Part shown: positions 27,189 to 41,285 of the stretch, piece by piece | Layout of the letters: each line of letters starts with the position of its first letter | Numbering within the stretch: the stretch's first letter is position 1 | DNA from: Octopus sinensis | Lineage: Eukaryota | Direction: 5' to 3' | Assembly: GCF_006345805.1 (NCBI RefSeq) | Contig: NC_043000.1 | Coordinates: 121,706,001-121,770,000, forward strand | Length of the DNA: 64,000 nt | The notes under the pieces: model-generated | What the model was told of the DNA's origin: nothing | What the model saw: the letters and a program-made list of their open reading frames with translations, nothing else | Databases searched by the model: none | Translations under genes and position numbers: made by a program

Positions 27189-28934
27189 TATGTGCTGTAT
27201 TATGTAAAAGAAGCCTAGCTACGTTTCCTGTGAAAGTTGATTTAAAACTTGCATTAAATTTATATACGTTGAAGTGACTAAGAATAATTAAGTTTTGCTG
27301 CTAGAACATTGCACATAATCCTAGATTAGTCACATGTTTATTGACAATGAAATGAAAGACGCTAATTAGAAAATTTTTCTCTTCACGATGAATAACAAAA
27401 CATTGTGATAGTGTTAAAAGTTATAGATACTTTCTTTATAACCAGCGCTATGAACACTCCCCACCGTCATCTTCATTGTCTTCTTCTCCACCTTGATCAT
27501 CCACATCTTGTCATGATTTTAACATCCTCGCCTTTATCGTTACCAGCTCCTTTATCAATGATACGTAGTTTCTTCCTACTGCCACCACAAGTATGAATTT
27601 ATTTAAAAGACTGAAGAATAAATAAACTGTTAAAAGAAGTACGATAGCTATTTGACTTTCATAAGAGTTTTATTATATACACTATCGTCGAGGAATAACT
27701 TAGCTGAGGAAGATCAGTAGGAAAATGTTCCTTTGATATTTTTGACTGTCAGTATATGTGTATGAGGCTTTGTTTGTTTCGTTCTATGTATGTGTTTTAT
27801 GTAGGTTATTTCATTCATAATTCATAGGAAACGTAGCATAAAAATTAAATTTGACTAACGTTGAAAACTGATTAATTCAGAAACACTAAGAAATATCGAT
27901 GAAAGTAACCTTTAATCGCCGGGGGAGGAGGAGGGGTAGCTGCTTCTTGAATGAAATTGGTTTGAAGATTAATACCCATTCCGTCGTAATGTCGGAGTTC
28001 GCTTTAAGCAATTTTATACGTGAAAACGTTTTTAATAAACCATAAACTCTATTTACGTATAGAATTGTTTATTCTAATTGGAGCATTTAATGCGATCTCA
28101 TATACGAAGCGACTGACTTTTGTCGATGCTAACGGTGATTAAAAAGGCAATTACCTATTGTAATTGTTGACTTAATGAGATTTCTTAGAACAGATATGTC
28201 CAGTTTGGTCACAGATATAGAGGTGATCTCGTTTAGAAAAGTCTGAAATGTTGAGTATATCTAAAGAATCGTACATTATCTTTCAACATAAAGATAATAC
28301 TTTAAGTTTACTATTTAGGTAATTGCTAATATTTTTCGTCCTTTTTTTTTAGTTCCTATTTTACTCATTATTAGTTAATATGTTAAATTTGCTATATAAT
28401 GCATTTATCAAGCATGGGTTTTAAGTTCAATGATATATTTATGAATAAAGATAGCTCGCTAAGTTAAAGCATATTGAAAACCGATAGTGTTTGATATGTC
28501 TTTGCATGAATATATGAGCAATATGAAATCAAATAACTATAGCAGCACTGTAATTCATACTGGTGTAATAACCATATTTGAATCTAAACTGATATTAAAT
28601 ATCAAATTTTTCATTACAACTCAACGAAACCATGTCGTTGACAAGAATACTTACAAAAGGTATAAAAACACCCCACGGTCTCTGTCATGTATATTTGCTA
28701 CTGTATGTTTATATATGTTTATATATGTTCATGTGACTGGGAATGATTATGTTGAAACAAAAATAAGATATATCTAACACCATCTACCTTCCGCTGTAAC
28801 TCGATAATTCGATGAGTCTTCACCACGTCCCTCATCGGTAAACTAAAAAAGTTTATCATTAGGTATGTCAATTTGACATCACGTGTTAAAGGATATATGT
28901 GTGAGACGGGGGTCAGTGTGTGCATGTATATGTA

Positions 28935-29477
28935 TTGGGTTGTCCGGAAAGTTCGTGCCGATTTATAATAGCTTACCTTTCGACCTATTTTAGAACATGG
29001 TTAAGTCTATAAAATAGGATTTGACTACACCTCCATTTAGAGCACAGTTTAAGCTATGTTCCTATAACCTGTGTTAATTCTGTAACCCTTTAAAATGGAA
29101 GATAAGAAAGTTCATTTTCGGTACTTGATGCTTTGGGAACCAGACAAAAATTGCTGCAGCTCGGCTGGGATGTGTTACCCTACTCTCCATATTCACCAGA
29201 TATTGCTCCTTCGGATTTCCACTTATTCAGATCTCTGCAGAATATTCTTAATGGTAAAAATTTCAATTCCTTGGATGACGTAAAACGATACCTTGATGAA
29301 TTCTTTGCCATGAAACCACCTCAATTCTGGGAAGAGGGTATTTTCAAGTAAACGAAAGATGGAGACGCATTGTGCAACAAAATGGTTCATATTTGGTTGA
29401 TTAAAAATGTAATGGCAAGTATTTATTGACCTTTCTCATTCCTTTAAAAATGGGCGCAAACTTTTCGGACAACCCAA
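28935..29477 (+). mobile_element. Internally deleted mariner transposon (Mos1/SETMAR-like), 543 bp
   Basis: TIRs TTGGGTTGTCCGGAAAGTT / CTTTTCGGACAACCCAA, TA on both sides; MEDKKVHFRYLMLWE joined to LGWDVLPYSPYSPDIAPSDFHLFRSLQN (YSPDLAPxD motif). Confidence 0.95.
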
Positions 29478-29515
29478 TATAGATACATGTGTATATGCGC
29501 ATGTGTGTTTTTGTA

Positions 29516-29549
<34 letters not shown>

Positions 29550-29789
29550 CGAGAGAGAGAGAGAGGGAGAGAGAGAGAGAGAGAGAATATATAGTTAAGA
29601 TTTAAATTGTTGAAAATTTAATGCTATAAAATTGAGCAAGAGGTGTGAAAAGGAATGTGCAGCAGACAAAACAACTATTTACACTTTGCCTCATATTTCT
29701 ATATATCAGGTTTAATACCCCTTCCTCTGGAGAATAAGGTGGAGGCTGTCGAATTGCAAACGTTCGATCAGATACTTGAGAAAAGGGTG

Positions 29790-32000
29790 AGGTTTGTAAC
29801 ATGCAAAATGTAGTATTTTATACATTCACCAGTCGGCCTTATGTAACTCTAATTCGTTGTTGATCGATAATTTCATTTTATTAATGAGAATGGTTTCGTT
29901 GATCCTCAAATTGCAAATGATATGCTCTGGTGCATTGATAGTAACAGTAAAATCCCTAGAGTGTAATTTCTCAGTGGTGTTGTTTGACTAATGTATTTGT
30001 ACTTGTTCGTCGATTCAGCTAGCTTTCGAATGGTGCCTCCGTCAAATGTACTGATGCTATGCAGACCACTCGAGCACATGTCTACATTGTTGATGGCAAC
30101 AGTAGTTTTATCATCGAGACACAGCAGTCAGGAGAAGCTATCTCGGGAAAAAAAAGGATTTTGTTGTTATGTATAAGAACATTGAAGCGTCAGGTGACAG
30201 ACAGTGGGTAGTTGTTAATTTACAGAACCGTTTATAGTTTTAAAAAATCACAAATGGAATGAATGCGTCACAAATAGGCTGACTCCGAAATGTCGGCAGA
30301 TAATGTGTTTTCAACCACTTCACGCAGGAATGACATCCTACAAACAGGACTACACCCTTGCTCATGACTTATGTGAATCACTGTCACTTGCAGTTGCGAC
30401 ATAATGTTTGTAAGTTAAATAAAATTTGTCCTGTGGTGTGTTTGTTGTTTTTTACTTTAACTGCTGTTACGTTTGTGGTTCTTATATTTACATGGGTATA
30501 GTAGTGTAGTTATTTGTAAAAATGAGTCAAAGAAATAGACTCTGTTTCGAGGCGCCACTTCGTTTCGGAATGTGCAAGGATCATTGATTGCTCTTAATGT
30601 TCAATTTCTTTTTCGGTGACGAATTTCATTGACATTTTCAGGTTTAGTACTATCTGAAAATAAAGAAAAAAAAGATAATATTTTAAATAACAGTTATTTA
30701 GCATTCCCTGTTACAACAAAGTTTTCAGATTTTAACCATCAGAGTTTGCATGTTATATGAGCGGTAATACGAATATTTTACTCTCTGTATAAAACCTGCT
30801 TCTGTTCTGACACTTGTTTCATTTCATGCCTAATAGTTGAGCATCCATCATGTTATTGTAATATAACAAGTAATATGTAACCACTTTTCTCCATTAACAA
30901 CAATTGCGTTTCTTATTTTACTGATTCTTTACTTGTTTAGACAACGTCCCTCCCTAGAAATAGTTCATTGACATTTTACGCGTTGCTTACTTAAATGACA
31001 CAAACACAGTTGAGATAATATTGATGCACAATCACTGGCAAATGAACCACTTTCCTTCAGGCCAACTCCACAGCTTACCTTAATTTCTTTTGCATAACAA
31101 TTGAGAAATTTATTTTGTAGTTATGCTGTCAGATATGTGGCACCTTCAATTATATTTCTTCCAGTGGTTTCCTAAAAAGGGATCAAAATCAGATTCCCAT
31201 TCAATTTCATACGGCAATTTGCTAAAAGTCTTGTTTTTCGCCATTAAATGATCCCCACAACGCTAAATACAGTTTAGCCAATCCAATTGGTATTGAGAGT
31301 ATTATTTTCTTGCTGTTTTTGGTAAGCTGGTGTTTATGAAATATCCAATTTATCTTGTATAGCCAGTGTTTTGCATCAGCATGATGAAGAATTTGTACTG
31401 AGAAATGCATTGATTCCGTGTTTGATGCATTTTATGGCTGTTAATCATACTATATTTATCCCCTTAGGTATTATCCAATATTCGAATGCAACATTTACAA
31501 AATCCGTAGATGTAGCGGTCAATAAATGATCATAGAATGCCACGCAATATATGTACAAATAAGCTCCATCTACGTCTAGTGAAAACCTTAACCCCTGGAA
31601 TTCAATTTCATATGCTTGCAAATAGCTGCACTTCATGCAATTTTCAAGAACCAGAATGATGTATGAAAGGGTATGTGTTCGGCAAATATAAAGATTCAGT
31701 AATTTTCGTTGATTGCATTTACTTAAGCAAACCGAATTGGATCAAAATATCCGTTGGCGATTTGTCGGGAGTTTATATTTAAAATTGGATTCTGCTTTGT
31801 TCTCATTCAAATTGGTAGCAAGCGAATTTACAGATTAAGGTACACAGTTTTTGTACGTTTTCTCATCGCCAGGAAAATTTGTAAACTTGTCAGGAGCATA
31901 TTGCAAGAGAAGGTTTTCATTAGTATAGTCATTGCCGGAAGAAACCATGATTTAGATAGAGGTTCCTCATTAGTAGTTCCGTGGACAAGGAAATTACTGC
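29790..32000 (-). mobile_element. Decayed hAT transposase (DUF4371/Tip100-like); boundaries approximate
   Basis: Broken frames LAKLYLALWGS (cf. LAxRxLAFRG), FDPFLGNH, GATYLTA*LQNKFL (cf. SYLSxxIQNE), and TVTINAPE near 29940 (cf. hAT dimerisation PVTVASAERSFS). Confidence 0.55.
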
Positions 32001-33434
32001 ATTTAGTCAGAAGCTTTTTCACTAACCGCATTAGCAGAGACGCCGATCGGTTTAAAACCAGAGTTGTACACACTAACTTTTCCAGGTGAAATGCCGGAAA
32101 AATTTAAGACTTCAACAATACTTTCTTTGGTAAGCGTCATAAATTTTCCTTTACGATTCTTGGCTCTGGATAATTTGTTTCAACATTTAGGAAAATATAA
32201 CTTCTCAGTAGCGGATATAGGGAGAGTCTTGAGAAGATGTGCGAAAAGCCTTATTTGATAATCTACCTTTATGTCTTCAAAAACAAAATACTTAAAGCTA
32301 CAAGAGTTTTTGACTTACTGCTTTCAAGGAAATGCTTAAGTATTATACTGTTGTTAAGTATAGGTCTTAGTAGTTTTATCGTTTCTATAATTGTTTCATA
32401 AAGACGAAGTTCTTTATGTTTTAAAATATTCTTCATGCTTGCCCACACTGGTCTACCAGAAGTAAAATTAGACCCTCGATTTTATTTACCCATAATGAAA
32501 ATAAATGATATTATATGCAACACATTTAGAAAGAGTGTGTAAAAAAGACAATCGTATTAATGCCTATTTTCAAAAATAAATTAATTTGTTGTAAAATCAT
32601 TATCACGTTAATGAGCTAATTTAGCTAACTATGTTTAATATTAAATTGTTTTCTGGCAATAAACTTTAGGCATAAACATTTACAATAGACACAGGTATGG
32701 AGCTACGTTTAAATAGTTTGCTTCGCAAATATGTAGTTTTTGCTCCCAGCCAACCAAGGAATTGTAAACGAAGGCGATAGACGAAAAACGTGTTCAGACC
32801 AGTTACTCAGTGCACAAATTTGTACATAAATGCATATAAAAGAAGGCACTGGGAAGAAAGGTACATAACTAAAGAACCAGCTTAGTAGTGAACTTTTAAA
32901 ACCTTAATAGTATATCCAATAAGTTAATTGTACAGTTTAATTGTTCCCATTTTTGCCCATATTTTCACTGCGTGGTAAGCTATACATTGTAAACAAAGTA
33001 TCTCTAATTGGGAAATTACATCCTTAAAATATCGCAGATTAGTACTGAAAATAAATGTCCTAAAATACCCCAACCTTAGGCAATTACTGACACTCTATAA
33101 AGCTCATGGGAAGTGGTGCGTTGTTCTCATATCTAGGATAATTTTTCTGCATACACAGGCATTCTTCCCTGCGACTATAAAGGTCTGTGTCCTTCAGAGT
33201 TGTTTTTGTACAACTTTCACTCAGGCACTCTTTATCTCTCTTGATATCTTCATCCATGCAGAACATCAGCTCCCATCAGGTTTTGAAATATTCATGGTGC
33301 GAAATTAACAAATTGTTGACACTAGATATTTTACACATATTTAGATCTACGTAATATCTATCTTTCGTAAGAATTTCAAGTGAATTAGATATATATTTCC
33401 TAAGTCATTAAGAAATAAACAAATAGTTTTCCAA

Positions 33435-34594
33435 ACTGCATCGGCCAAAAGTTAAGGGGCACTTAGAAAACCAATGAAAAATGAAACAAGAAAAAGAAAT
33501 CCTTACTATTGATATTTGTGAACATCGCTTTACTATCAATGACCTCCTAAAATATGTTACCACAGGATTGAATTAATTTCTTGCAAAATGATGGAGTAAT
33601 ATTATTCCATTCGTTTTTCAATAATTCCAAGAGTTCATCTTGGTTGTTTGGATTCTTCCTTCGTGCCCCTCTCCAATAATCTTCCAAACGTTTTCTATAG
33701 GGTTTGAGATCGCGACTTTGAGGTGGACAGTCCATGAGATGTACCCTTTCATCACTCAAAAAGTCTTCTACCCTCTTCGCAGTGTGACAGGGGGCGATGT
33801 CCAGCTCGATTATTGGAGTCTGAACTGCTGAGAATCGGAAATGTGGAAGGGTAAGCTGTCTAAGAATTTGCTTCTATATTTCATCATTGACACTTCCTTG
33901 TAGGACAAGCAACAGAGAGCACTCCCTATAACATTACACTACTTCCTCCATATTTCACTGTCCCCTTCACACATGTACGAGATAACCTTTTGCCACTTCT
34001 TCGTCGAACGTATATCCCGCCACCGGAACCAATCACATTAAACTTCGATTCATCGCTAAAATGAACCTGCGACCACTGTTCTTCTGTCCAAGCAATTCTT
34101 CTTGGAGAACAGAGGTTTCTTTACCGATGTTCGAGCAAGCAACCCAGAACCTCGTAATCTCCGAGAAACTGCTTTGCTCGATACGTTGACATCGGAAGTG
34201 GAGGTAAACTCGTGGAACATCTCAGCAACACTCTTAAACCTATACTTCAATGACATTCTAGCCATAACACGATCCTGTCTTTGTGAAGTTTTTTGAGGTC
34301 TACTGGTTTTGGGTTTAGCATCTGTCGATACTGATGAATTAAAATGTGACACTTCTAGACTTTCCTACAGTAGTTGCTATTATGGAATTTGACTTGCCCT
34401 CTTGGTGAAGGCACACAATCCTTTGTTTTTCCTTACAGGGCACCGGCCGTCTCTCAGAAGCCACCATGATAACGGGTGAATGTTCAAATTATGTAAGATC
34501 ATAAGAATATCTGTTAGTCCATTAACAGTCTTCCAAACAACAAACAATTCGATTAGTAGTTCATTTTTCTAAGTGACCACTTTTGGCCCATGCA
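33435..34594 (-). mobile_element. Tc1-like transposon, near full length, pseudogenised
   Basis: Degenerate TIRs (TGCATCGGCCAAAAGT..CACTTAGAAAA / TTTTCTAAGTG..ACTTTTGGCCCATGCA); GRPQKTS-like HTH, KKPL, SDESKFN, and CPPQSRDLKP (cf. WPPQSPDLNPIE). Confidence 0.9.
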
Positions 34595-34763
34595 ATTTGG
34601 AAGATTGCTTATTTCCTCATAACTTAGACTTTTCACGAACGATAGATATTAGATATATTTAAATATGTGTAAAATACCTAGTCTCAACATTTTGTTAATC
34701 TTCTAAAATAAATATTTCAATACACTTGTTCTTCCTGCAACTTGTATTATGACTGGTACTGTA

Positions 34764-34802
<39 letters not shown>

Positions 34803-34804
34803 AT

Positions 34805-34852
<48 letters not shown>

Positions 34853-34925
34853 CAGTATCTGTCTGGCTGGCTGGCTGGCTGGCTGTCCGTCTATCTATCT
34901 GTCTGCCTATCTATCTATCTATCTA

Positions 34926-34985
<60 letters not shown>

Positions 34986-35661
34986 TGTATGTATGTATGC
35001 ATAATTCATATTGGATAGTGAACACAAGTTTGGGCTTCTCATCATAAGGCTACAAAACCACCAATAATTAGTATCGATATAGATCTTGTATGTGTACATG
35101 TTTATACACACACACACATTATATATAATCATATACATAGATATTTACATATACATACATATACACCTATAGTTATATTTCTATGACTGTGTTACATATG
35201 TATGTATGTATTATTTATGCATTGTGTATATTTTTGCTTTCAAGGGAGAAAGGAAATCATCAATGTTCATAAATTTCCTATTTGCTCAGTGTCAAACTGA
35301 TCAATCTGATATCATTGTAGATTCCAAACGGATATTCGATTAACACTCTTTTCTGACATAACATTATTTTTTTTTACTTTTATAGAATATATTTTCACGC
35401 AGTAAGCATTATTGTTACATTGTTACAAGAGATATTTAAATACACCGGGAAACGTTCTTCAAACAAACAACAGTTTTTTTTTCCAGTTACAATTTGCTAA
35501 AAGTATTTCTTTCAAACATATCTTTTATTTTTCTATTTTCCACATAATAACATAATATATTGAAACAATATTTTTACAGCCATATTTCGAAATTCTATGT
35601 TTATTATTGTTTGATTGTCAATTGCTTTCAAATTTTACTTTCTGTCAGCTATCATTGTTGA

Positions 35662-35684
35662 TGCTATTATTATTATTTTTATTA

Positions 35685-35721
<37 letters not shown>

Positions 35722-35723
35722 CA

Positions 35724-35758
<35 letters not shown>

Positions 35759-35871
35759 GTTGTTGTTGTTATCATCATCATCATCATCATCATTGTTATT
35801 ATTATTACTATTATTATTATTATTGTTATTATTATCATCATCATCATCATCATTATTATTATTATTATTAG
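35662..35871. repeat. Compound trinucleotide microsatellite (ATT/ATC/GTT)n
   Basis: Direct observation; explains the poly-L/I/N ORFs here. Confidence 0.95.
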
Positions 35872-37069
35872 CATCAGGTTTAGCATCGATATTTTTTATT
35901 TTGTTTTTGTTCTTATTTTCTGCTGACATGTTGTCTAGACGTTCATTGAAACGTTGCGACATACTGCGTACAGCTACAAGAAAAAATTCTTTATATCTGG
36001 AGTTTATTCAACATCATACAGCTTTCGATACTTTGAAAGAACCTCTTGTAAATTGCAAAAGACGAAAAATAAGGTTACATTTTGTTTTTAGGCAAGATTC
36101 AATATTCCTTATGCATACACAAACAAGTCGCCATGAAACACTGAAGGTATGCAATCAGATTTGAAATGTTCAAATTCATACTATCTATACAACAAAACAA
36201 TCTAGAATAGAATATTATACAAGCGTCACACATTTGAAAAGAAAGGGAGATAATTAAATACGTTTCTTTCCAACAACGTCTTTTCATCAACATTTATTGC
36301 CATTATCTGGTGGGACGTTTTCTTCCTACACACATAGTCCTGCGTTCAGTCCTACTTCGTGACACCTAGCATAGGTCTTTCATCGTCTAAAAAGAAATAA
36401 AAAGAAAACCATCATATACTCTTTTACTCGTTTACTTGTTTCAGACATTTGACTGCAGCCATGCTGGAGCATCGCCTTTAGTCGAGCAAATCGATCCCGG
36501 GACTTATTCTGTGTTCCTATAGTATCTTGTAGGTATGCACATATGCAGAAGGTACGGTGATGTCATGATATTTCGAAAAAATATAGAATACATAAAAATA
36601 AAGGTGGTTAAAATGTCAGTTATGAATGCATAGACGAACTGCAAGTGGGGGCGGATGAATATTTAGGAAATGATAGTGGGGCGCTATTGTTTGAATTTTG
36701 AGAATTTGTAACATAATCAGTGTTTACGATTAAAAAGTAGATGTTTTCAATCATTCAGAAAATTAGTGAATTACATAATAGCAAAGACTTCGGCGATGCG
36801 TAAATTGCATATGTTGTTACATCCGTTATATAGTTTGGTATGGGTTACTATGGGCCATTTTAAATTATATAAAACCATATTCTCCTTATAGAATACACTT
36901 AGTAGAACCCAATAGATTTAATCTTGAGTGGGTATAGATGCAAATGTATGTATAAATAAACTAGACATATCAATATATAAAGCATGTAAAATACATAGAA
37001 TAAAAACGGTCTGATGTACAGGGAATACAAATGACAGAGAGAGTTAAAGGAGTTGAAGAAATGTATTAC

Positions 37070-37165
37070 AGGCCTCACAGCTGTTTCTGAAGGCTCGGTG
37101 GTCCATTGTAATGTTTTTAGATTGATCCCATCGCATGATGAGACGAGCCTCTGTCTTCAGGGAAG
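37070..37165 (-). ncRNA. Degenerate type I hammerhead motif (Penelope-type)
   Basis: Minus strand CTGAAGA CA GAGGCTCG..CGAGCCTT CA GAA ACAGCTGT G; 8-bp helix II, palindromic helix III, but cleavage-site base is G. Confidence 0.45.
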
Positions 37166-37364
37166 AAATCTTACATTTGAGATGTTAAAGGAGAGACGTT
37201 TAAAGATGGAAACGCAGTTGGATATGTAATATATATCTTCAACACCCTTCATTCTGTATATGATTTGAATGTAAACATATATACCGTTTTTGTATTTTAT
37301 ATATTTAATATAGTTTATGCATTGATCTGTCTAACTTGCTTATCCATACACACACATACACACA

Positions 37365-37407
<43 letters not shown>

Positions 37408-37411
37408 TATA

Positions 37412-37443
<32 letters not shown>

Positions 37444-38682
37444 TTATTGAAATGGATAAATGAATTATCTTGTTAAGGATTATTCAAAATTTAACCGATA
37501 CCTGGTTAGCAAAAATCATAACAGAAAAAACACCGTTGAAGTTACGACCTTGTGGGGTCGCAACCGTGCCTTAGCGCGGATAATTGAAGTTTAATATATT
37601 TAGTGAAGGAAAGAAATGGAGCTGAACGAAGATTCTACAGAATTCCTTTTATTATTATATATATATATATTATTATATATATATAATATATATATATATA
37701 TAATATATATATCTACAAATATAAATAATATATATATAATGTATATATGCGTATACGTATGTATGTTTGTGTCTATGTATTTACGTATGTGTGTGTGCTT
37801 TTCTTTGTCACACACTACCGTTTTAAAACCATGTGTTCTTTTGTTCAAGTTCGTGTAAAGTTCGGCAAAAGGAGCCGATAGAATAATTACCAGGCTTTCA
37901 TCAATAAGTACGGGGTTCGATTCGGTATGTACAGCATTTCAAGGCGGTGACCCATCATAGGTGTATTCCAATGAGTTAAACAAGTAAAAAATAAAAATAT
38001 ATATTTCTGAGTATGTATTGTCTGCAATTATGTTTGTTTGTGTGTATATTAACTCGGTTGCTGGTAACCATTGTGTTTTAGTACATTTCGTACCGAGAAT
38101 TTCCACGGAATCCCTTTGAATATTTGTGTGTGTTGCAGTGCCTAGCATGCATGTTTTCAATACTATAACATTTGTATCTAATCAAGTCACAAGGATTCAT
38201 GTTAATATCGTTTGCAATTTATCGTGAATTGAAAGCTTATTAATCATAGATACAATTACATCATAGAGGAAAGTGAATGATACAAGGTGTTGTCAGCTTG
38301 TCAGCATGTAGAAAATTACGCTTTTACTAAATATCATTAATCGAAGAATTCAAGATAATTTCAAAAATAATGTTGATATGATTTGATTACCTTTATCTTC
38401 CATCTTTGGTGTTTAATATTTTAATTTTGTTTGGGTCATTTATCTTGCTGACATTCACGCACGTACACCTTTTGATTTTTATATACAAACATATACACAT
38501 AGTACGCATGTTAGTAGCTCAAATATTTTGATATTTCTTGTGCATAGAAACGCATAAAATGGATATGCTTATTTTTTCTCTTAATTTAGACAAATGATGA
38601 AGAGATCTCAGACTAAACCCTCAAAATGGACATTTATCAATTTCCAGTATCCAGAGAAATAGATAAATTTGCTATGTTTTTA

Positions 38683-38735
<53 letters not shown>

Positions 38736-39534
38736 TGTGTGTGTGCGTTCCTCATCGTCCAAGTTTATCTACATATATATTTTCGTATGTATAATCATGT
38801 ATTATAATTCATGTCAGCACTTGCTTCCTGAAATGGTAATTTTTATTGTCAGTCTATAAGCTATTCAGCTTCTTCCCTGCAAGAAAAAAGTATGTGAATA
38901 ATTTTTCGGACAAGGGAGTACTTCCCTCCCTCGACAGCCACTGAATAACTCGGAGTAATAGTTCGAACAGTTCTGACTTTGCAACGAAATATATTTTATA
39001 ACTCCACAATCATTAATTCGTATTTGACTGTCTCTTTCTCGTTCACACATACATATAAACATCCATAAGTACACACACAAATTGACATACAACCAAAGGC
39101 ACGCATACACACATATAATTGCGTGAATAGATGTATGCAAACAGAAGCACCAGCATGTTTTTTAAATAGTTCCTGAGAAACAGAGCAATTATCTGCGTGT
39201 TTGTGTAGGATGCAAGTGACAAGAGGAATAAGTAAAGGAATGTGACTTTTCACCAAGTAATGCATAAGTACGTATTCTTCTCTCCGGGTTCCGTGCGTTT
39301 TTAATCATTTCTATTTAGTTCAGTTTACACAGCACTTCAGCGAGAGAAAGACTTGTCACCTATTTCATTACCGTCAAAGAAAATTGTTGGCTTCCTGAGT
39401 CAGCTTGGATGCATAAAGGTTTTTAAATTTTTCAGTAGGCGGATGGTCAAGAACAGAACAACTGGAAGCCATATTTACAAATGAATATGAATATTATGTA
39501 TGTATATGTGTATGTATGTATATAAGGTATATAT

Positions 39535-39567
<33 letters not shown>

Positions 39568-39703
39568 ATATATATATATTTATTTATACATATGTATATA
39601 TAAATATATATGTATATATATATATATATATATTATATATATGTATATATATATGTATATATACATATGTATATATAATATATATATATATATGTATATA
39701 TAC

Positions 39704-39751
<48 letters not shown>

Positions 39752-39939
39752 GTATATGTATATGCATCTATATTTTATATATATATACGTATGCTATATG
39801 CATATATACATATGTATGGATATATGGGTGTATATATGAACGTATATGTATTTATGTATTATGTATTGTATATATATATATATATATCGCCATATATATA
39901 TCGCCAGATCGCCATGTTGAATCGCTAGCCTCTGCACGC

Positions 39940-40110
39940 ATTTTTTTCTCTCCTTGTTTCTTTCTGTGTTTCTTTTCTGTGTATCTTTCTGTTGAAGAGC
40001 GTAGGCTCGAAACGTAAAAGACTTGTTCTATTTATATTCCTGAGCGCCATACTAATACAATTGTTTGCTTGTATTCCACCTGCCTTCGTCTTTTGTTTAT
40101 TTTCATAAAG
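39940..40110 (+). mobile_element. Family P1 element with HHR-like fold, ending at (TA)n
   Basis: TCTTT CTGTTGA A GAGC GTAG GCTC GAA ACGT A AAAGA at 39984-40021; tail runs into (TA)n. Confidence 0.7.
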
Positions 40111-40118
40111 CTTCCCGT

Positions 40119-40180
<62 letters not shown>

Positions 40181-40684
40181 ACATATATATGTATATGTAT
40201 ATATATATGTGTGTATGTGTGTGTGTGTGTGTGTTTATACAAACTCACATTTACTCAAAGTGGCCTTTAGTATCTGAGATCTTGTGTTTTATGAAGGATA
40301 TTCAATGTATACCCGCCTCCTCTTTATTATTTGATTGTTAGTCACGCCTACTGTATTTCAACAAAACAATATCTAACCTCTAGTAATTTTTTTCGTTAGA
40401 TTGTTTGAACTTCCGATTTGATTTATTCTGCTTATCTCGTGACGAATGTCAACGAATTCAAATTTCCGTATATTAAATATCACATCAACATATGCGCAAG
40501 TTCACTGGTTCCACAGAAATTCGTTGTACACTTTCCATTTTCATAGCCTATTTAAGCATGATGCTGCGTTTGTACTATTATATCTATCCGGCGTCTACCC
40601 GTTTCGAATCATGCAATATGATCGAATGTATTCTCAATTAGCAAATATCTATCTGGCTGGCTAGCAAGCTACTTAGCTATCTGC

Positions 40685-40715
<31 letters not shown>

Positions 40716-40755
40716 CGTAATATATATATATATATATAGATAGATAGATAGATGT

Positions 40756-40806
<51 letters not shown>

Positions 40807-41131
40807 TAGATAGATACATAGATAGATAGAGAGATACATACATACATACATACATACATACATACATACATAGAATTTTCAAAAACTAAACGATGGAAAC
40901 GGGTAAACAACAAACATATAAATTAGTTTATATATACGATCTATTCCATCTCAATCATAGATTTCTTTAGTAGCTTTTTTAAACTGAACAGTTTGATACT
41001 TCGAATACTGTTAGAATTTCTTAAGTAGAGCAGGATTTACTCTGAACGTTTTTGACAAAATTTCTTTTGTTTTAGAAGTTATTTAAATTTATGGAATGGA
41101 TTTAAATTTATGATTGAAGTTAAATTTATAC

Positions 41132-41285
41132 GACGGGCTTCTATTAGTTTCCGTCTACCAAATCCACTCATAAGGCTCTGGTCAGCCCGAGGCTATAGTA
41201 GAATACACTTGCAAAAGGAGACACGCTGTGCGACTGAACCCGGAACGACGTGGTTGGGAAGCAACTTTTTATCACACAGCCACTC
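41132..41285 (-). mobile_element. SINE family A, 5' half
   Basis: ATACGACGGGCTTCT...AATCCACTCATAAGGC...ACACAGCCACTCC. Confidence 0.8.

Noticed and set aside
27695-27735. CTGAGGA..GAAAATGTTC
   Set aside because: Helix II does not pair and helix I is only 2 bp.
35607-36164. 185-aa poly-Leu/Ser ORF and overlapping poly-Ile/Asn ORFs
   Set aside because: Trinucleotide microsatellite.
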